The notes below the pieces were generated by a model. It was not told the DNA's origin. It did no database searches and was given only the letters and a program-made list of their open reading frames with translations. From positions 1 through 52,063 of IMG/VR virus record IMGVR_UViG_3300046812_000338: a DNA stretch of 52,063 bases. One strand, written 5' to 3'. The stretch is from a virus. Taxonomy: Duplodnaviria > Caudoviricetes. Positions 17,066 through 26,864 of this stretch are shown piece by piece; position 1 is the first letter of the stretch, and each line of letters starts with the position of its first letter. The position numbers and the translations under genes are program-made.

Positions 17066-19284
17066 TGGCCGAGGACGTTCTCGGCGATAGCGGCGACGTC
17101 CTCGGTGGGGGCAGCGGCGGTGGCGGCGGGGTAGCGCTCGGCGCCGCGGGCGAAGCCGGCAAGGCGCTCGTCGCCACCGACCCGACGACGACCGACGCTC
17201 GCACTCCCAAAGCCCATCAGGCCTCCCACCACACCGGCGGCACCGACCCGCTCACGCCCGCCAACATCGGCGCGGCCACCACGGGGGAACTCGCCGCGAA
17301 GGCCGGCAAAGCCGAAGCTGGCACCGAGGCGACCGCGCCGACCTACGGACGCGAATCCACGATCGCCGCGCCCCACCTGCGCGACCTGGTCACAATCCTC
17401 GACTTCGCCGAAGCCAAACACGGTGACGGCGTCGAAGACGACACGGCGATCTTCAAGACCGCGATGACCAAACTGGAAGAAGTCGGCCGCTCGGTCTTCG
17501 TCGTCACTCCGCACCGCAAGGGTGGCGGCGTCGCCTTCTGGACGGTCGGCAAAAGCGAAGCCGGCGGGGGCGAAAAATCGGTCTGCGTCCGCATCCCCTC
17601 GAACACGACCATCTCGGCCTACAGCGCGAAATTCCAGGCGCTCAAAGAATCCGGTGGGGTCGAAATGAAATGGAAGCTCTTTGGCACCACCACGCTGAAC
17701 CTGCCCACCGAAGGGATCACGGTCGAAAACGTCCGCTGGTTCGGCGGCAGCTTCATCGGCACCGGCAAAGAGCCAGAACAGCAGGGGTGCCTCGGCTTCG
17801 TGCGCTGCCGCGACGTGTGTGTGCGCGACCTGAGGGCGTCGAAATGGAGTAAGGAACCGACCGGCGCGGGCGGCGGGGTCCTGGATTTCGGCGACAACCA
17901 GCGCTGCCGTATCGAAAGCTGCACGATGACGGAATGCTCCAAAAAAGGGGGTATCAACGTCATCCAGGTCACCGATTCCTACGGCGGCGGCTCCAACGAA
18001 CGGCCCTACACCGAAGTCCTGGTCACGAACTGCATCGTCACGGGCAGCGGCGCCTCGTCCATCTGCGTCGGGATGGGGTCGGGGAGCAAATACTCCAACA
18101 CCACGCCGGTCCGGGTCATCATCGCCGACAACATCGGGGAATCGAGCGGCTGGGCGCCGATCACGGTCGAGGTCGGAGGCAACCCGCCGGCCGAAGGCAA
18201 CTTCCACCAGATCAACATCACCGGCAACCACGCGAAAAGCACGTCAGGGAGCTACGCGATCGACGTCCTGGTCGACTCCACGCCGATCATCGAAAACGCC
18301 TCGACCATCGAAAACGTGCTGATTACCGACAACCAGTGCGAATCGGCGGCCTGGGGCATCCACTCGATGGGCACCGGCACCATCTGCGAAGGCAACATCG
18401 TCAAGGCGAAAGAAAAAGGCATCTACTTCCAGGCGCCGACCAACACCTTCCTCGAACACATGCACATCCGCGGCGGCTCGATCCAGGTCAAAGAAGGCTT
18501 CGCGGTGTACATGAACAAATGCAAAAAAGGCAGCTGCGACACCGACATGAGCTACGAAGCCGGCGGCTCGGGCGAATCCGCGGCCCTCTACTTGCAGACC
18601 TGCACTCGCATCGACGTCGAGTCGAAGATTTACAACGCCCTCGGCGCCGGCATCGAGATTGAAAGCGGCGAAGGCTCCATCTCGATCCTTCCCGGCACCC
18701 GCATCTACAACCCGTCGACCAACGGCACCAAGCCCGGCATCGAAGTCCGCGGCGCCCCGTCCGGCCCGATCTGGGTCCTAGGCGCTCACTGTCGAGACGA
18801 CCGCGGCGGCGAAGCGAAAATGAAATACGGCCTCCAGAACCTCTCGGCCGAAACCAAGGTCTTCTCCTACCGCAACTTCTACCTGGGCTGGACCTCGGCG
18901 GCGACCAACGGCACACTCGCCGGCCAGAAGGACGACACGGTCGACGAAACCGGCGTCCTGGTCGGCAAAATGATCTGGAAAGCCGTCGAAGAAGTGAACG
19001 CCAAACTGGAAGCGTCCTTCTCGACGATTGAATACGCCGTCGAGAACGGAACCGTCTACCTGCGCGGGTCGATGAAATGCAAAGCTGGGGAAGAAGTCGC
19101 GGCCAACGCCGTGCTGTTCAAGATTCCCGTGGGTGGCCGCCCCGCCTCGACCCGCCTGGTTACCGAGCCGACCACCGAAGCCGTCCGGGCGGGGAAGGTC
19201 GAAGCATCGGGCGCCGTCACCTGCCTGAACGCCCTGAAAACGGGCATCAGCATCGGCTTCGACGGCGTCTTCTTCGTCATCTAG
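17065..19284 (+). CDS. Tailspike/depolymerase with pectin-lyase-like beta-helix
   Basis: HQASHHTGGTDPL anchor; DFAEAKHGDGVEDDTAIF motif; repeated ITGN/ITDN/CEGN beta-helix rungs. Confidence 0.82.
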   Translation: MAEDVLGDSGDVLGGGSGGGGGVALGAAGEAGKALVATDPTTTDARTPKAHQASHHTGGTDPLTPANIGAATTGELAAKAGKAEAGTEATAPTYGRESTIAAPHLRDLVTILDFAEAKHGDGVEDDTAIFKTAMTKLEEVGRSVFVVTPHRKGGGVAFWTVGKSEAGGGEKSVCVRIPSNTTISAYSAKFQALKESGGVEMKWKLFGTTTLNLPTEGITVENVRWFGGSFIGTGKEPEQQGCLGFVRCRDVCVRDLRASKWSKEPTGAGGGVLDFGDNQRCRIESCTMTECSKKGGINVIQVTDSYGGGSNERPYTEVLVTNCIVTGSGASSICVGMGSGSKYSNTTPVRVIIADNIGESSGWAPITVEVGGNPPAEGNFHQINITGNHAKSTSGSYAIDVLVDSTPIIENASTIENVLITDNQCESAAWGIHSMGTGTICEGNIVKAKEKGIYFQAPTNTFLEHMHIRGGSIQVKEGFAVYMNKCKKGSCDTDMSYEAGGSGESAALYLQTCTRIDVESKIYNALGAGIEIESGEGSISILPGTRIYNPSTNGTKPGIEVRGAPSGPIWVLGAHCRDDRGGEAKMKYGLQNLSAETKVFSYRNFYLGWTSAATNGTLAGQKDDTVDETGVLVGKMIWKAVEEVNAKLEASFSTIEYAVENGTVYLRGSMKCKAGEEVAANAVLFKIPVGGRPASTRLVTEPTTEAVRAGKVEASGAVTCLNALKTGISIGFDGVFFVI

Positions 19285-19306
19285 CATCAAGGAATGGGGA
19301 CTCCCA

Positions 19307-19711
19307 GTGCCTAAGGGGCGCGGCGCTCGGCGCAAGACGGCGAAGAGGCGAAATGCCAAAGCCGCTCGGGCGCGTCAGGAAAAGGAACTCGACTTCACCC
19401 AGCCCGGGGCCACCGAGGACGTCATCCGCGAGCGCAACCGCCGCATGCGCCAGGCCACCCACGACGCTGCCGCCGAGGACGGGATCGTCACCGGGACGCT
19501 GCGAGTCGCCGCGATGGACGTGGTCGAGGACCTTCAGATGGCCTACGGCCTCGAAGGCGAGGAGCATCGGGTCGCGATCATCGAGTACCTGGTCGGCGCG
19601 ATGGGCGAGTTGATCCACGCCTTCCCCGAGACACCCGAATTCCTGCCCGGCTACCTCCAGTGGCGCGACGAAAGCAGGGCGCGGGTAACCGGGCCGGTCG
19701 AGGCCGAGTAA
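19307..19711 (+). CDS. Hypothetical protein with basic N-terminus
   Basis: 134 aa; stop coupled (TAATG) to the next gene. Confidence 0.55.
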   Translation: MPKGRGARRKTAKRRNAKAARARQEKELDFTQPGATEDVIRERNRRMRQATHDAAAEDGIVTGTLRVAAMDVVEDLQMAYGLEGEEHRVAIIEYLVGAMGELIHAFPETPEFLPGYLQWRDESRARVTGPVEAE

Positions 19712-21465
19712 TGGAGCATGTAGTCAACGGCGACTTCGAGGGGGCCTTCGTCGCCGGCGTCCCCGCCAGCTGGGAAAAGATCGGCACCCAGACGATCGCC
19801 GAAGAGAAAGTCGACGTCCACGCCGGCACGAAGGCGGTCAAAGGCACGACCACTGGCCCCGGCTGCGGGATCAAACAGACGATGGCGGCCTTCGCAGCCA
19901 ACGAGCGCTGCCACCTGAGCGTCTGGCAGCACGTCGACGCCGCCGCGGTGGCCGAAAACTACCGCGTCTGCGCCGAACTCCAGATCGTCGGCGGCGAAAT
20001 GGGCGGTCTGTTCCTCAACTTCAGCACCGGCCAGTGGGAAGCGGAAACCCTCGAAAACGAGAAAAACCTCCAGCTGCTCACGCGCCCGATCAGCACCCGC
20101 TACGTGCAGCTGGCCTACGAATTCTCCGCGCCGCCGATCGGGGCCACGATCCGCCTGGTCTTGAAGCGCGTCGACGGCAACCCGTTCTCATTCTGGTTCG
20201 ACACCGCCTCGGTGGCGACGGTCGCGGTGCCGGCGCGCCCGACCTCGATCGACTGGGGCGAGTACGCCCACCACGTCCCCAACGACCCCGCGGTCCTCGA
20301 CGGGATCATCAGCGAGTTTGGGCGCCCCGACTACATCGGCATGTACCGGGAATGGGGCAAGCCGATCCTGACCCCGGCCGACATCAGGACCCTCGACGCC
20401 CGCAAAATCGTGCCGACCATCTCCTGGGAAACCAACGAAGAAACGCACAAACCGAGCCTGGCCGAAATCGCCGCGGGCGCCGGCGACGCCTACATCGACG
20501 AACAGGCCGCGATCATCGCCGCCTACGGCAAGCCGGTCATCATCCGCCCCTTCTGGGAGATGAACCTGTCGTGGATGTTCGGGGAAAGGACCCCGCCCGA
20601 CAGCTACATCGCCGGCTGGCGCTACATCGTCGAACGCTTCAAAGCCAAAGGCGCCACCAACGCGCTCTGGTTTTGGTGCCCCTCGATCGACTACGACCGC
20701 GGCGAGGGCACGAAGTTTGAAACGATCCACGACTTCTTCCCCTACTTCCCCGGCGACGCCTACGTCGATTTCGTGGGCGCCGATGGCTACTCGTCGGCCT
20801 TCTACAACGAAGAACTCAAAAAAGAGGGCTGGGCGACGATCGAAGAAATCTTCTTCTACACCTACCACTGCCTGATGGGCCTGTCGACCAAGCCGTTCAT
20901 CATCGGCGAGACGGGCGTGGCAGAGGAAGGCGGGGACAAGCCGCACTGGTTCCGCGAAGGGCTGCTGGAGACGATCCCCGAAGTCTTCCCGCGGATCGAC
21001 GCGATCTTCTACTTCAACCGCCACAACGAAGGCGAACTCGAATGGGAGATAGATAGCTCCACGGCCTCCCACGAAGCCTTCAAAGAAGCCGTCCTCGACG
21101 GCCTCTACGTCAACGAACCAGTCGCCGTCACGACCGCCTCGACGATCCGTGCCGGCTTCGGCGGGCGCGTCCCGAAGCTGCGCATACCGCTGCGCCTGGA
21201 AAACGGGCGCCTGGGCATCTGCGAGCAGGACTCCCAGGAGAACGTGGCGGCCTGCGTGTACGCGATCCTCGCCTTCGAGCGCGGCTCGCGCATCGAGGAC
21301 ATCGACTTCGGCGTCGAGGACCCGACCTTCGACACGATGCCGATCGACGTCGACGAATGGCTGGAGCAGATCAGCCGCTATGAGCCTCGGGCCAACGTGC
21401 AGACCAGCCAGGAAGTCGGCGACCTGATCGGGGCGGTCCTGGTCAACGTAGGGTTGGGGCCATGA
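19711..21465 (+). CDS. CBM-like + glycoside hydrolase family 26 + gp25/GPW baseplate wedge fusion
   Basis: VVNGDFEG N-terminus; GH26 motifs ISWE, RPFWEMN, YFPGDAYVDFVGADGY, KPFIIGETG; C-terminal ILAFERGSRIEDIDFGV...ISRYEPRA gp25 motif. Confidence 0.82.
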   Translation: MEHVVNGDFEGAFVAGVPASWEKIGTQTIAEEKVDVHAGTKAVKGTTTGPGCGIKQTMAAFAANERCHLSVWQHVDAAAVAENYRVCAELQIVGGEMGGLFLNFSTGQWEAETLENEKNLQLLTRPISTRYVQLAYEFSAPPIGATIRLVLKRVDGNPFSFWFDTASVATVAVPARPTSIDWGEYAHHVPNDPAVLDGIISEFGRPDYIGMYREWGKPILTPADIRTLDARKIVPTISWETNEETHKPSLAEIAAGAGDAYIDEQAAIIAAYGKPVIIRPFWEMNLSWMFGERTPPDSYIAGWRYIVERFKAKGATNALWFWCPSIDYDRGEGTKFETIHDFFPYFPGDAYVDFVGADGYSSAFYNEELKKEGWATIEEIFFYTYHCLMGLSTKPFIIGETGVAEEGGDKPHWFREGLLETIPEVFPRIDAIFYFNRHNEGELEWEIDSSTASHEAFKEAVLDGLYVNEPVAVTTASTIRAGFGGRVPKLRIPLRLENGRLGICEQDSQENVAACVYAILAFERGSRIEDIDFGVEDPTFDTMPIDVDEWLEQISRYEPRANVQTSQEVGDLIGAVLVNVGLGP

Positions 21466-22625
21466 CGAAGTTCGCCAGCCTGCCGATCGAAGCCACGCCG
21501 CAGGCGATGCTCGAAGAAGCGGTCGCCGAAATGGAGGCCCAGCTCGAAGGCTGGGATTCCAACCTCGGCGAGTACGAGATGATCCTCTTGCAGGCGATCG
21601 TCTGGCGCCTGGTCTGGCCCTTCATTCAGCTGGCCGCCCGCGTCGACGCCACGATCTTCAACGAGTGGGGCCGCCAGATCGTCAACGTGGTCCCCCAGGA
21701 AGCCCAGAAAGCGACCGTGCTGTCGACCTGGACGGTGCGCGACGCCCTCGGCTACACGATCAAAGCCGGCACCCAGGTCGACATCGCCCGCTCCGGTGAC
21801 GAGCGGGTCGGCTTCATCGTCGTCGCCGACGTCGAAATCCCGCCCGGCTCGACCTCCACCAAAGTCGGCGAGGTCATCCTCGAAGCCACCGTGGCGGGCC
21901 TCGACGGCAACGGGGTCGGAGAAGGCGCCGGCATCCTGATCGACGCCCTCGGCTACGTCGAAAGGATCGACATCGTCGGCCTGTCTGACAACGGCGTCGA
22001 CGCCGAGGACCCCGAACACTTCCTCGGGCGCCTGGCCGAAACGATGCAGACCTTCATCGAAGGCGTCGTGGTCGCCAACGACGTCGCGATCGTCTCGCGC
22101 AACGTGCCCGGCATCGGGCGCGTCACGGTCCTCGACAACTACAACGCCGAAACCGAAGAAGACGAACAGGAGAAGACGACCACCGTGGCGGTCACGGGCG
22201 ACCTGGGCGGCGTGGCGCCCATCTGGGCGAAGGAAGCCCTGGAGGCCGTCCTCGCCGAAAAACGGGAGGTCAACTACATCTTCTTCGTCGTCGACGCCGA
22301 CTACAACCTGATCGACGTCGAAGCCGAAGTCGTGCCCTCCCAGGGCTACTCGAAAGCCGCCGCCGCCGCCAACGCGAAAGCCGCGATCGAAGCCCTCCTG
22401 AACCCGCTCACGGCCTTCCAGGACCCACCCGGTGACGACGCGACCTGGGCCAACACGACCACCCTGCGCTTCCAGGACCTCGTCACCGTCGTCAACGATG
22501 CCGAGGGCGTCGATCACTACTCGCTGCTGAAATGGCGCAAGGGCGTCGAAGCGATGGCCGCGGCCGACATCGCCCTGGTCGGGGCGGCGCCGCTGCCCAA
22601 ACCAGACACGATCACGGTCACCTAG
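21462..22625 (+). CDS. Baseplate J/gp47-like protein
   Basis: IKAGTQV, EATVAGLDGN, GVDAEDPEHFLGRL motifs; follows the gp25-like gene. Confidence 0.88.
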   Translation: MTKFASLPIEATPQAMLEEAVAEMEAQLEGWDSNLGEYEMILLQAIVWRLVWPFIQLAARVDATIFNEWGRQIVNVVPQEAQKATVLSTWTVRDALGYTIKAGTQVDIARSGDERVGFIVVADVEIPPGSTSTKVGEVILEATVAGLDGNGVGEGAGILIDALGYVERIDIVGLSDNGVDAEDPEHFLGRLAETMQTFIEGVVVANDVAIVSRNVPGIGRVTVLDNYNAETEEDEQEKTTTVAVTGDLGGVAPIWAKEALEAVLAEKREVNYIFFVVDADYNLIDVEAEVVPSQGYSKAAAAANAKAAIEALLNPLTAFQDPPGDDATWANTTTLRFQDLVTVVNDAEGVDHYSLLKWRKGVEAMAAADIALVGAAPLPKPDTITVT

Positions 22626-22628
22626 CCC

Positions 22629-23261
22629 ATGCCGCGACCGGAAGCCTCGCCAGCTGCCGAGGAACTGTACGAAGCGCTCGCGCCTGCCTTCACCCAGGGC
22701 GACGAAGCCAACGACTGGGCGAGCCTCAAGATGTGCATGGCGATCGTCACCGGCCGGCTGGACCTCCTGCACACCTACCTGATCGACGACATTACGAACC
22801 TGCCGGCGTGGGCGGTCGTCTTCGACCCCGAACGCTGCCCCGCCGAGGCGCTGCCCTACCTGGCCCAGTTCTCGGGCGCGATCCTCACCCCCGAGATGGA
22901 AGAAGCCGCCCGGCGCGCGGCCGTCCAGACCCCCGAGGCCCTGAGCCGCGGGCGCGTGGAATCCATCGAAGCCGTCATCAAGCGCCGGCTGACGGGCACG
23001 AAAGCGGTCGTCTTGACCGAGCGCTACACCGGCTCGGCGTGGCGCCTGCGCCTGGAAACGATCGAAGCCGAGACGCCTGACCCCGCCGGCATCATCGCCG
23101 ACCTGATCCGCTTCCAGAAGCCGATCGGCATCGTCCTCTTCTTCAACACCCGCGTCGCCTGGACCTGGGGCGAGGCGAAAGTGTCGGTCGAATTCCCCAC
23201 CTGGGCCGACGTCAAAGCCGGGTTCAAAACGTGGTTTGCCTACCGCACGTTTGAACCGTAG
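22629..23261 (+). CDS. Baseplate/tail protein I-like
   Basis: DPERCPAEALPYLAQFSG motif; KPIGI near the C-terminus. Confidence 0.82.
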   Translation: MPRPEASPAAEELYEALAPAFTQGDEANDWASLKMCMAIVTGRLDLLHTYLIDDITNLPAWAVVFDPERCPAEALPYLAQFSGAILTPEMEEAARRAAVQTPEALSRGRVESIEAVIKRRLTGTKAVVLTERYTGSAWRLRLETIEAETPDPAGIIADLIRFQKPIGIVLFFNTRVAWTWGEAKVSVEFPTWADVKAGFKTWFAYRTFEP

Positions 23262-23402
23262 GCCCAGCCCACGCCTGATACCTTCGATGGGCGCGGTGTG
23301 TCTCGCGCATCCTCAGCGATTCTGGGGGCCTGCAAGCGCCTCGCGGGGACTGGGCCAGGCCGACCCTTCAATTCCCGCGAGGCGCCGCGAGGGCGCGTCA
23401 GG

Positions 23403-24002
23403 TCAGCCTTGACAGACCCACTCGCCCGACCTGCCGACCACGTCCATCCACGCCGCCGCGAGGCTCTGCCACTTCGCCGACGTTATGTCGCGGCCCCCGT
23501 AGGGCGTCGTTTCCCAGGTCGAGGGGAGGAACTGGAACCACGATTCAGCGCCCGAGGCGTTGTGGGCGTAGCGGTTGCCGGTCGACTCGCAGTACATGAC
23601 GGCGAGCATCCAGCCTTCGTCGGCCCCGTAGGTGAGCGCGGCCCCGTGGATGCAGTCGGTGATCGGGCCGGCGTCGGTGCATCTGCCCCACCGCAGGCGA
23701 TAGTGCCGGCGCTGGTAGTAGGCGGCGCGGTCCCGGCGCCAGGTCGCCTTCATCGCCTTGCGGTGGCTGGCGGTCGGGGCGCAGCCGATCCGGGCGTGAG
23801 CGGCGGCGATCGTCGAGGCGGGTGGCGCACCGCGGCGCCAGCGCGCCGGGCGCCAAACTCGACCGCTGAAGACCTCGAAGGAACCCAGCAGACATCGGGC
23901 TTCCGGGCGAGTATGGTGGTGCGTTGTGTTCTCTGATGCGGCGGGCGCGGCCAGCACGGCAAATGCAAGGGCCGCGACCGCCGCCAGGGCGAGTCGCTTC
24001 AC
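23403..24002 (-). CDS. Secreted lytic transglycosylase/Rpf-like protein
   Basis: Signal peptide MKRLALAAVAALAFAVLAAPAA; VMYCESTGN...WFQFLPSTW...W.C motif; AGGAG SD. Confidence 0.75.
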   Translation of the reverse strand: MKRLALAAVAALAFAVLAAPAASENTTHHHTRPEARCLLGSFEVFSGRVWRPARWRRGAPPASTIAAAHARIGCAPTASHRKAMKATWRRDRAAYYQRRHYRLRWGRCTDAGPITDCIHGAALTYGADEGWMLAVMYCESTGNRYAHNASGAESWFQFLPSTWETTPYGGRDITSAKWQSLAAAWMDVVGRSGEWVCQG

Positions 24003-24098
24003 GTTGTCTCCTGTCGGTGAGCGCCGCCGAACGGACGGCGCTAGTGGGGCGTTCTGGGGCCTCCCGGCCTTGCTTCGCTTACAGGTTCGGCGAGAACC

Positions 24099-24179
24099 CT
24101 AGCGGGTCAGGATGCGCCCCGACAGCCAGTAGGCGATCGGGGCGAGGACCAGGGCGAGGGCTACGTGGGCTGCGATCAT
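24099..24179 (-). CDS. Small single-pass membrane peptide (26 aa)
   Basis: MIAAHVALALVLAPIAYWLSGRILTR; start overlaps the stop of the upstream minus-strand gene. Confidence 0.45.
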   Translation of the reverse strand: MIAAHVALALVLAPIAYWLSGRILTR

Positions 24180-24634
24180 GCCGCCTGTTTCCGCGCAGGG
24201 GCGCCAAACCCTAGCGGTGCAGGCGATCGTGCATCGAGGCGGTCGAAGGCGGCGCTGACCGCCGGGGCGATGCGCCGCAGGGCCGCGCGCCCGTGGTCGT
24301 GGCGGTCGGCATCGAGGACCGGGCGGCCTTCGTAGACGGCCCGCCAGATCGGCCGCGCCTCTTCGAGCAGCTGGCGTTCTTCGAGGACCAGGGAGCGCAT
24401 CGCCGGGTCTTCGACAGCGCCGCCCGATCCCTGCGGGGCCTGGATGCGGTTGATCGCCGACGACCAGGCGGACTCGAAGGGGACCTCGCGGTCGCGCAGC
24501 AGCGCCAGGGCGCGGCACATGTAGTCAGGCGCCGAGGTCGGCTCGTCGACGCCCGGCAGAGGAAGCAACGACGCGGCCCCTACCGCTGATAGCGAGGCCA
24601 TGAGACTGTCGAACCCCAGGTCGGACGCGATCAC
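24176..24634 (-). CDS. Hypothetical protein
   Basis: 152-aa ORF in the minus-strand island. Confidence 0.6.
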   Translation of the reverse strand: MIASDLGFDSLMASLSAVGAASLLPLPGVDEPTSAPDYMCRALALLRDREVPFESAWSSAINRIQAPQGSGGAVEDPAMRSLVLEERQLLEEARPIWRAVYEGRPVLDADRHDHGRAALRRIAPAVSAAFDRLDARSPAPLGFGAPARKQAA

Positions 24635-24717
24635 TCTGGGCGGGAATCATAGCGCCGGGTGGGGCGGCCGGAAATTGCAAAGATGCCAGGCATGACCTCA
24701 CGGCCAGGCGGGCGCTG

Positions 24718-25017
24718 ATGGAGGGGAACTCGATTCCCTACGAAGTGCGCGACCTGAAGTCAGGCGTCAGTCGGCTCCACAAGCGGGTCGGCGGGATCGA
24801 GGTCAGGCAGAGCGGCCACAACACCGACATCGCCATCTTGCAGCGCGACGGCGCCGAGATGCAGGCCGACATCGCCGAAATTAAGAAGGTGGTCGAAAAG
24901 GAAGGCGAACGCAACCGGGCCTCCAACAACCGCGTGATCGCCGCCGTCATCGCCCTCGCCGTGTCGGCGCTCGGCTCGGCGGTTACCTTCGCGCTCTCGG
25001 CCGGCGGGCACCCATGA
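24718..25017 (+). CDS. Membrane protein with coiled coil and C-terminal TM (lysis cassette)
   Basis: Coiled-coil N-terminus; hydrophobic VIAAVIALAVSALGSAVTFAL. Confidence 0.6.
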   Translation: MEGNSIPYEVRDLKSGVSRLHKRVGGIEVRQSGHNTDIAILQRDGAEMQADIAEIKKVVEKEGERNRASNNRVIAAVIALAVSALGSAVTFALSAGGHP

Positions 25018-25481
25018 CGAGCGAGGACATCAAAGTCCAGCCCGAAGTTCGCTGGCGTCGCCGAATCTTCGCCATCGCCATCGTCCTCTTCCTCGCCTCG
25101 ACGGCCTGGAACGTCGGCACCCGGATCAACGTCCAGAAGGGCACCGCGGCGAGCATCGACCAGGTCATTACGACCGTCGAAGACGCCTGCAAAAGTCGCC
25201 ATGCCCTCACCGTGCAGTATCAGGTGCGGGCCAAGAACCAGCGCGTCCTGGCGAGCGTCCTGCTGCTCACGACGGGGGCGCTGCTGACGGCGATCGACGA
25301 AGGGCCATCGCCACCGCCGTCGACCTCCCCCGCCGAGCTTGAAATCAGGGCGAAATTCCTCCACCGCTACAGAGCGGCGATTCCGAAGCTGAAACACATC
25401 CTCGCCACGACCCGAATCTTCCCCCTCGAAGACTGCCACCGCCAGGCGAGGGAACTACGCGCCGACCTGCCGGCGGGCTGA
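25014..25481 (+). CDS. Membrane protein (lysis cassette)
   Basis: N-terminal TM (RRRIFAIAIVLFLASTAW); ATGA coupling. Confidence 0.6.
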   Translation: MTSEDIKVQPEVRWRRRIFAIAIVLFLASTAWNVGTRINVQKGTAASIDQVITTVEDACKSRHALTVQYQVRAKNQRVLASVLLLTTGALLTAIDEGPSPPPSTSPAELEIRAKFLHRYRAAIPKLKHILATTRIFPLEDCHRQARELRADLPAG

Positions 25482-25513
25482 AGGGGTCTGGCGCGGCGCG
25501 TAGAGTCCCCGCC

Positions 25514-26341
25514 GTGCAGAAGATTCGCGAACGCCTTCAGCGAGTGGCCGACCGCCTCACCGGCCGCCGGGCCGACCTCGCGAAGTCTCGCCGCCGGCAC
25601 AAGGTCTGGCGCGAACACGCCGAAACCCAGCACGGCAAGCAGCTGAAGGCCGAAGCACACGGGCACCCCCTGCGGGCGGCGACCTTCAAGCGCCGCGCCA
25701 CCCGCTCCCACGTCAAGGCGACCTACTGGAAAGGGCGCCTGCGCCGCGAACAGGGCGCGATCGCCACCCTCGAAGGACTCGAAGCCAGGCTGCAAGCCGA
25801 ACTCGCGACCTGGGCCAAAGAACACGGCGTCACCTTCGAGGGCCACAACAAGATTCGCGGCGGCACCCTGGAGCAGCGCGCCCACGCCGTGCAGGTGAAA
25901 GCGATGGCGAACTACAACGCCGGCACCGCGACCGTCGGCCCCGCCTACTATTCGATGGAAGGCGGCCCGCGCGACTACGCCCACGCCATCTACCACTACC
26001 CGCAGGGGCGCATCTACGACTGCTCGACCTACGCCGACGGCACCTGCTTCGTCACCGGCGACCCCTCCCCGTCCGGCCCCGACGGCTTCCGAGTCGGCGG
26101 CTACACGGGAACCGAGCTTGAGTTCAGCCACCGCGTCACCGGCAAGGTGCAGTGCGGCGACCTGGTCGTCTTCCTGCGTTACGCCGGCGACACGGTCGGC
26201 CACCACGTCGAGCGCGTCCTCGACCCCGAGGCCAAGACGACGACCGGCCACGGCGACTCCGCGATCAACATCGGCTGCAACGGCAGCTGGGACCTCTTCG
26301 GCGACGGCCTCTACGTCATCGTCAGGCCCCCGACCAGCTAG
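25514..26341 (+). CDS. Endolysin, NlpC/P60-like cysteine peptidase with basic helical N-terminus
   Basis: YDCSTY, GYTGT, GDLVVF...HHVE...GHG motifs; next to the holin. Confidence 0.75.
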   Translation: MQKIRERLQRVADRLTGRRADLAKSRRRHKVWREHAETQHGKQLKAEAHGHPLRAATFKRRATRSHVKATYWKGRLRREQGAIATLEGLEARLQAELATWAKEHGVTFEGHNKIRGGTLEQRAHAVQVKAMANYNAGTATVGPAYYSMEGGPRDYAHAIYHYPQGRIYDCSTYADGTCFVTGDPSPSGPDGFRVGGYTGTELEFSHRVTGKVQCGDLVVFLRYAGDTVGHHVERVLDPEAKTTTGHGDSAINIGCNGSWDLFGDGLYVIVRPPTS

Positions 26342-26348
26342 GAGAAGC

Positions 26349-26696
26349 ATGGACCCGACCTCGAATATCAGCCGTTGGATCACCTTCGTCGTCACCCCGT
26401 TCCTGGCCCTCGCCGGCGGCTTCATCGCCCTGAAGGCGAACACCTGGTTCGGCATGCACCTGGCGCCCGCCGAAGCGACAGCCTGGGTCACGGCCGTCGT
26501 GGGGGGCATCATCGCCCTCGCGCTGAAGTGGCTGCACACCCGCGGCCAGTTCGAGCTTGCGAAGTCGGTCGGCGTCGACCCGAAGGTCGTCGACCAGATC
26601 GTCGACGCCGTCATCGACCGGCTGCCCCAGGCTCCGCAGGTCCCCCCGGCCGGCAAACCTGGGGCGGCCGCCAACCCCGGCGCGCCGCCTGCTTAG
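26349..26696 (+). CDS. Holin
   Basis: Two TM segments; GGAG SD; follows the endolysin. Confidence 0.65.
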   Translation: MDPTSNISRWITFVVTPFLALAGGFIALKANTWFGMHLAPAEATAWVTAVVGGIIALALKWLHTRGQFELAKSVGVDPKVVDQIVDAVIDRLPQAPQVPPAGKPGAAANPGAPPA

Positions 26697-26765
26697 CTGC
26701 CATCGGGTCGCCGCGTGGCGAGTATCCCGGCCGGCTCTGCGAAGACATCCGGCGAAGCGGTCGAC

Positions 26766-26796
26766 GAGGCGCCCCCGAGTGGGGCGCTTCTTCGTT
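26766..26796 (+). terminator. Terminator ending the late/lysis transcript
   Basis: GAGGCGCCCC/GGGGCGCTTC hairpin followed by TTCGTT. Confidence 0.6.
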
Positions 26797-26798
26797 GA

Positions 26799-26829
26799 CT
26801 TGACAAAGCGCAAGCGCACCCGATAGGCT
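26799..26829 (+). promoter_or_regulatory. Promoter with CTTG-N8-CAAG operator
   Basis: CTTGACAAAGCGCAAG 26799-26814; TTGACA-18-TAGGCT; ATG 6 nt downstream. Confidence 0.8.
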
Positions 26830-26864
26830 CGGGCCATGAACCGAGTCGATCAAGGGAGTCGCTG

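Noticed and set aside
3873-22772. Long antisense and alternate-frame ORFs (e.g. 3873-5546, 9018-10325, 15479-16888, 21378-22772)
   Set aside because: They shadow well-supported + strand genes, are expected in high-GC DNA with few stops, and show no motifs
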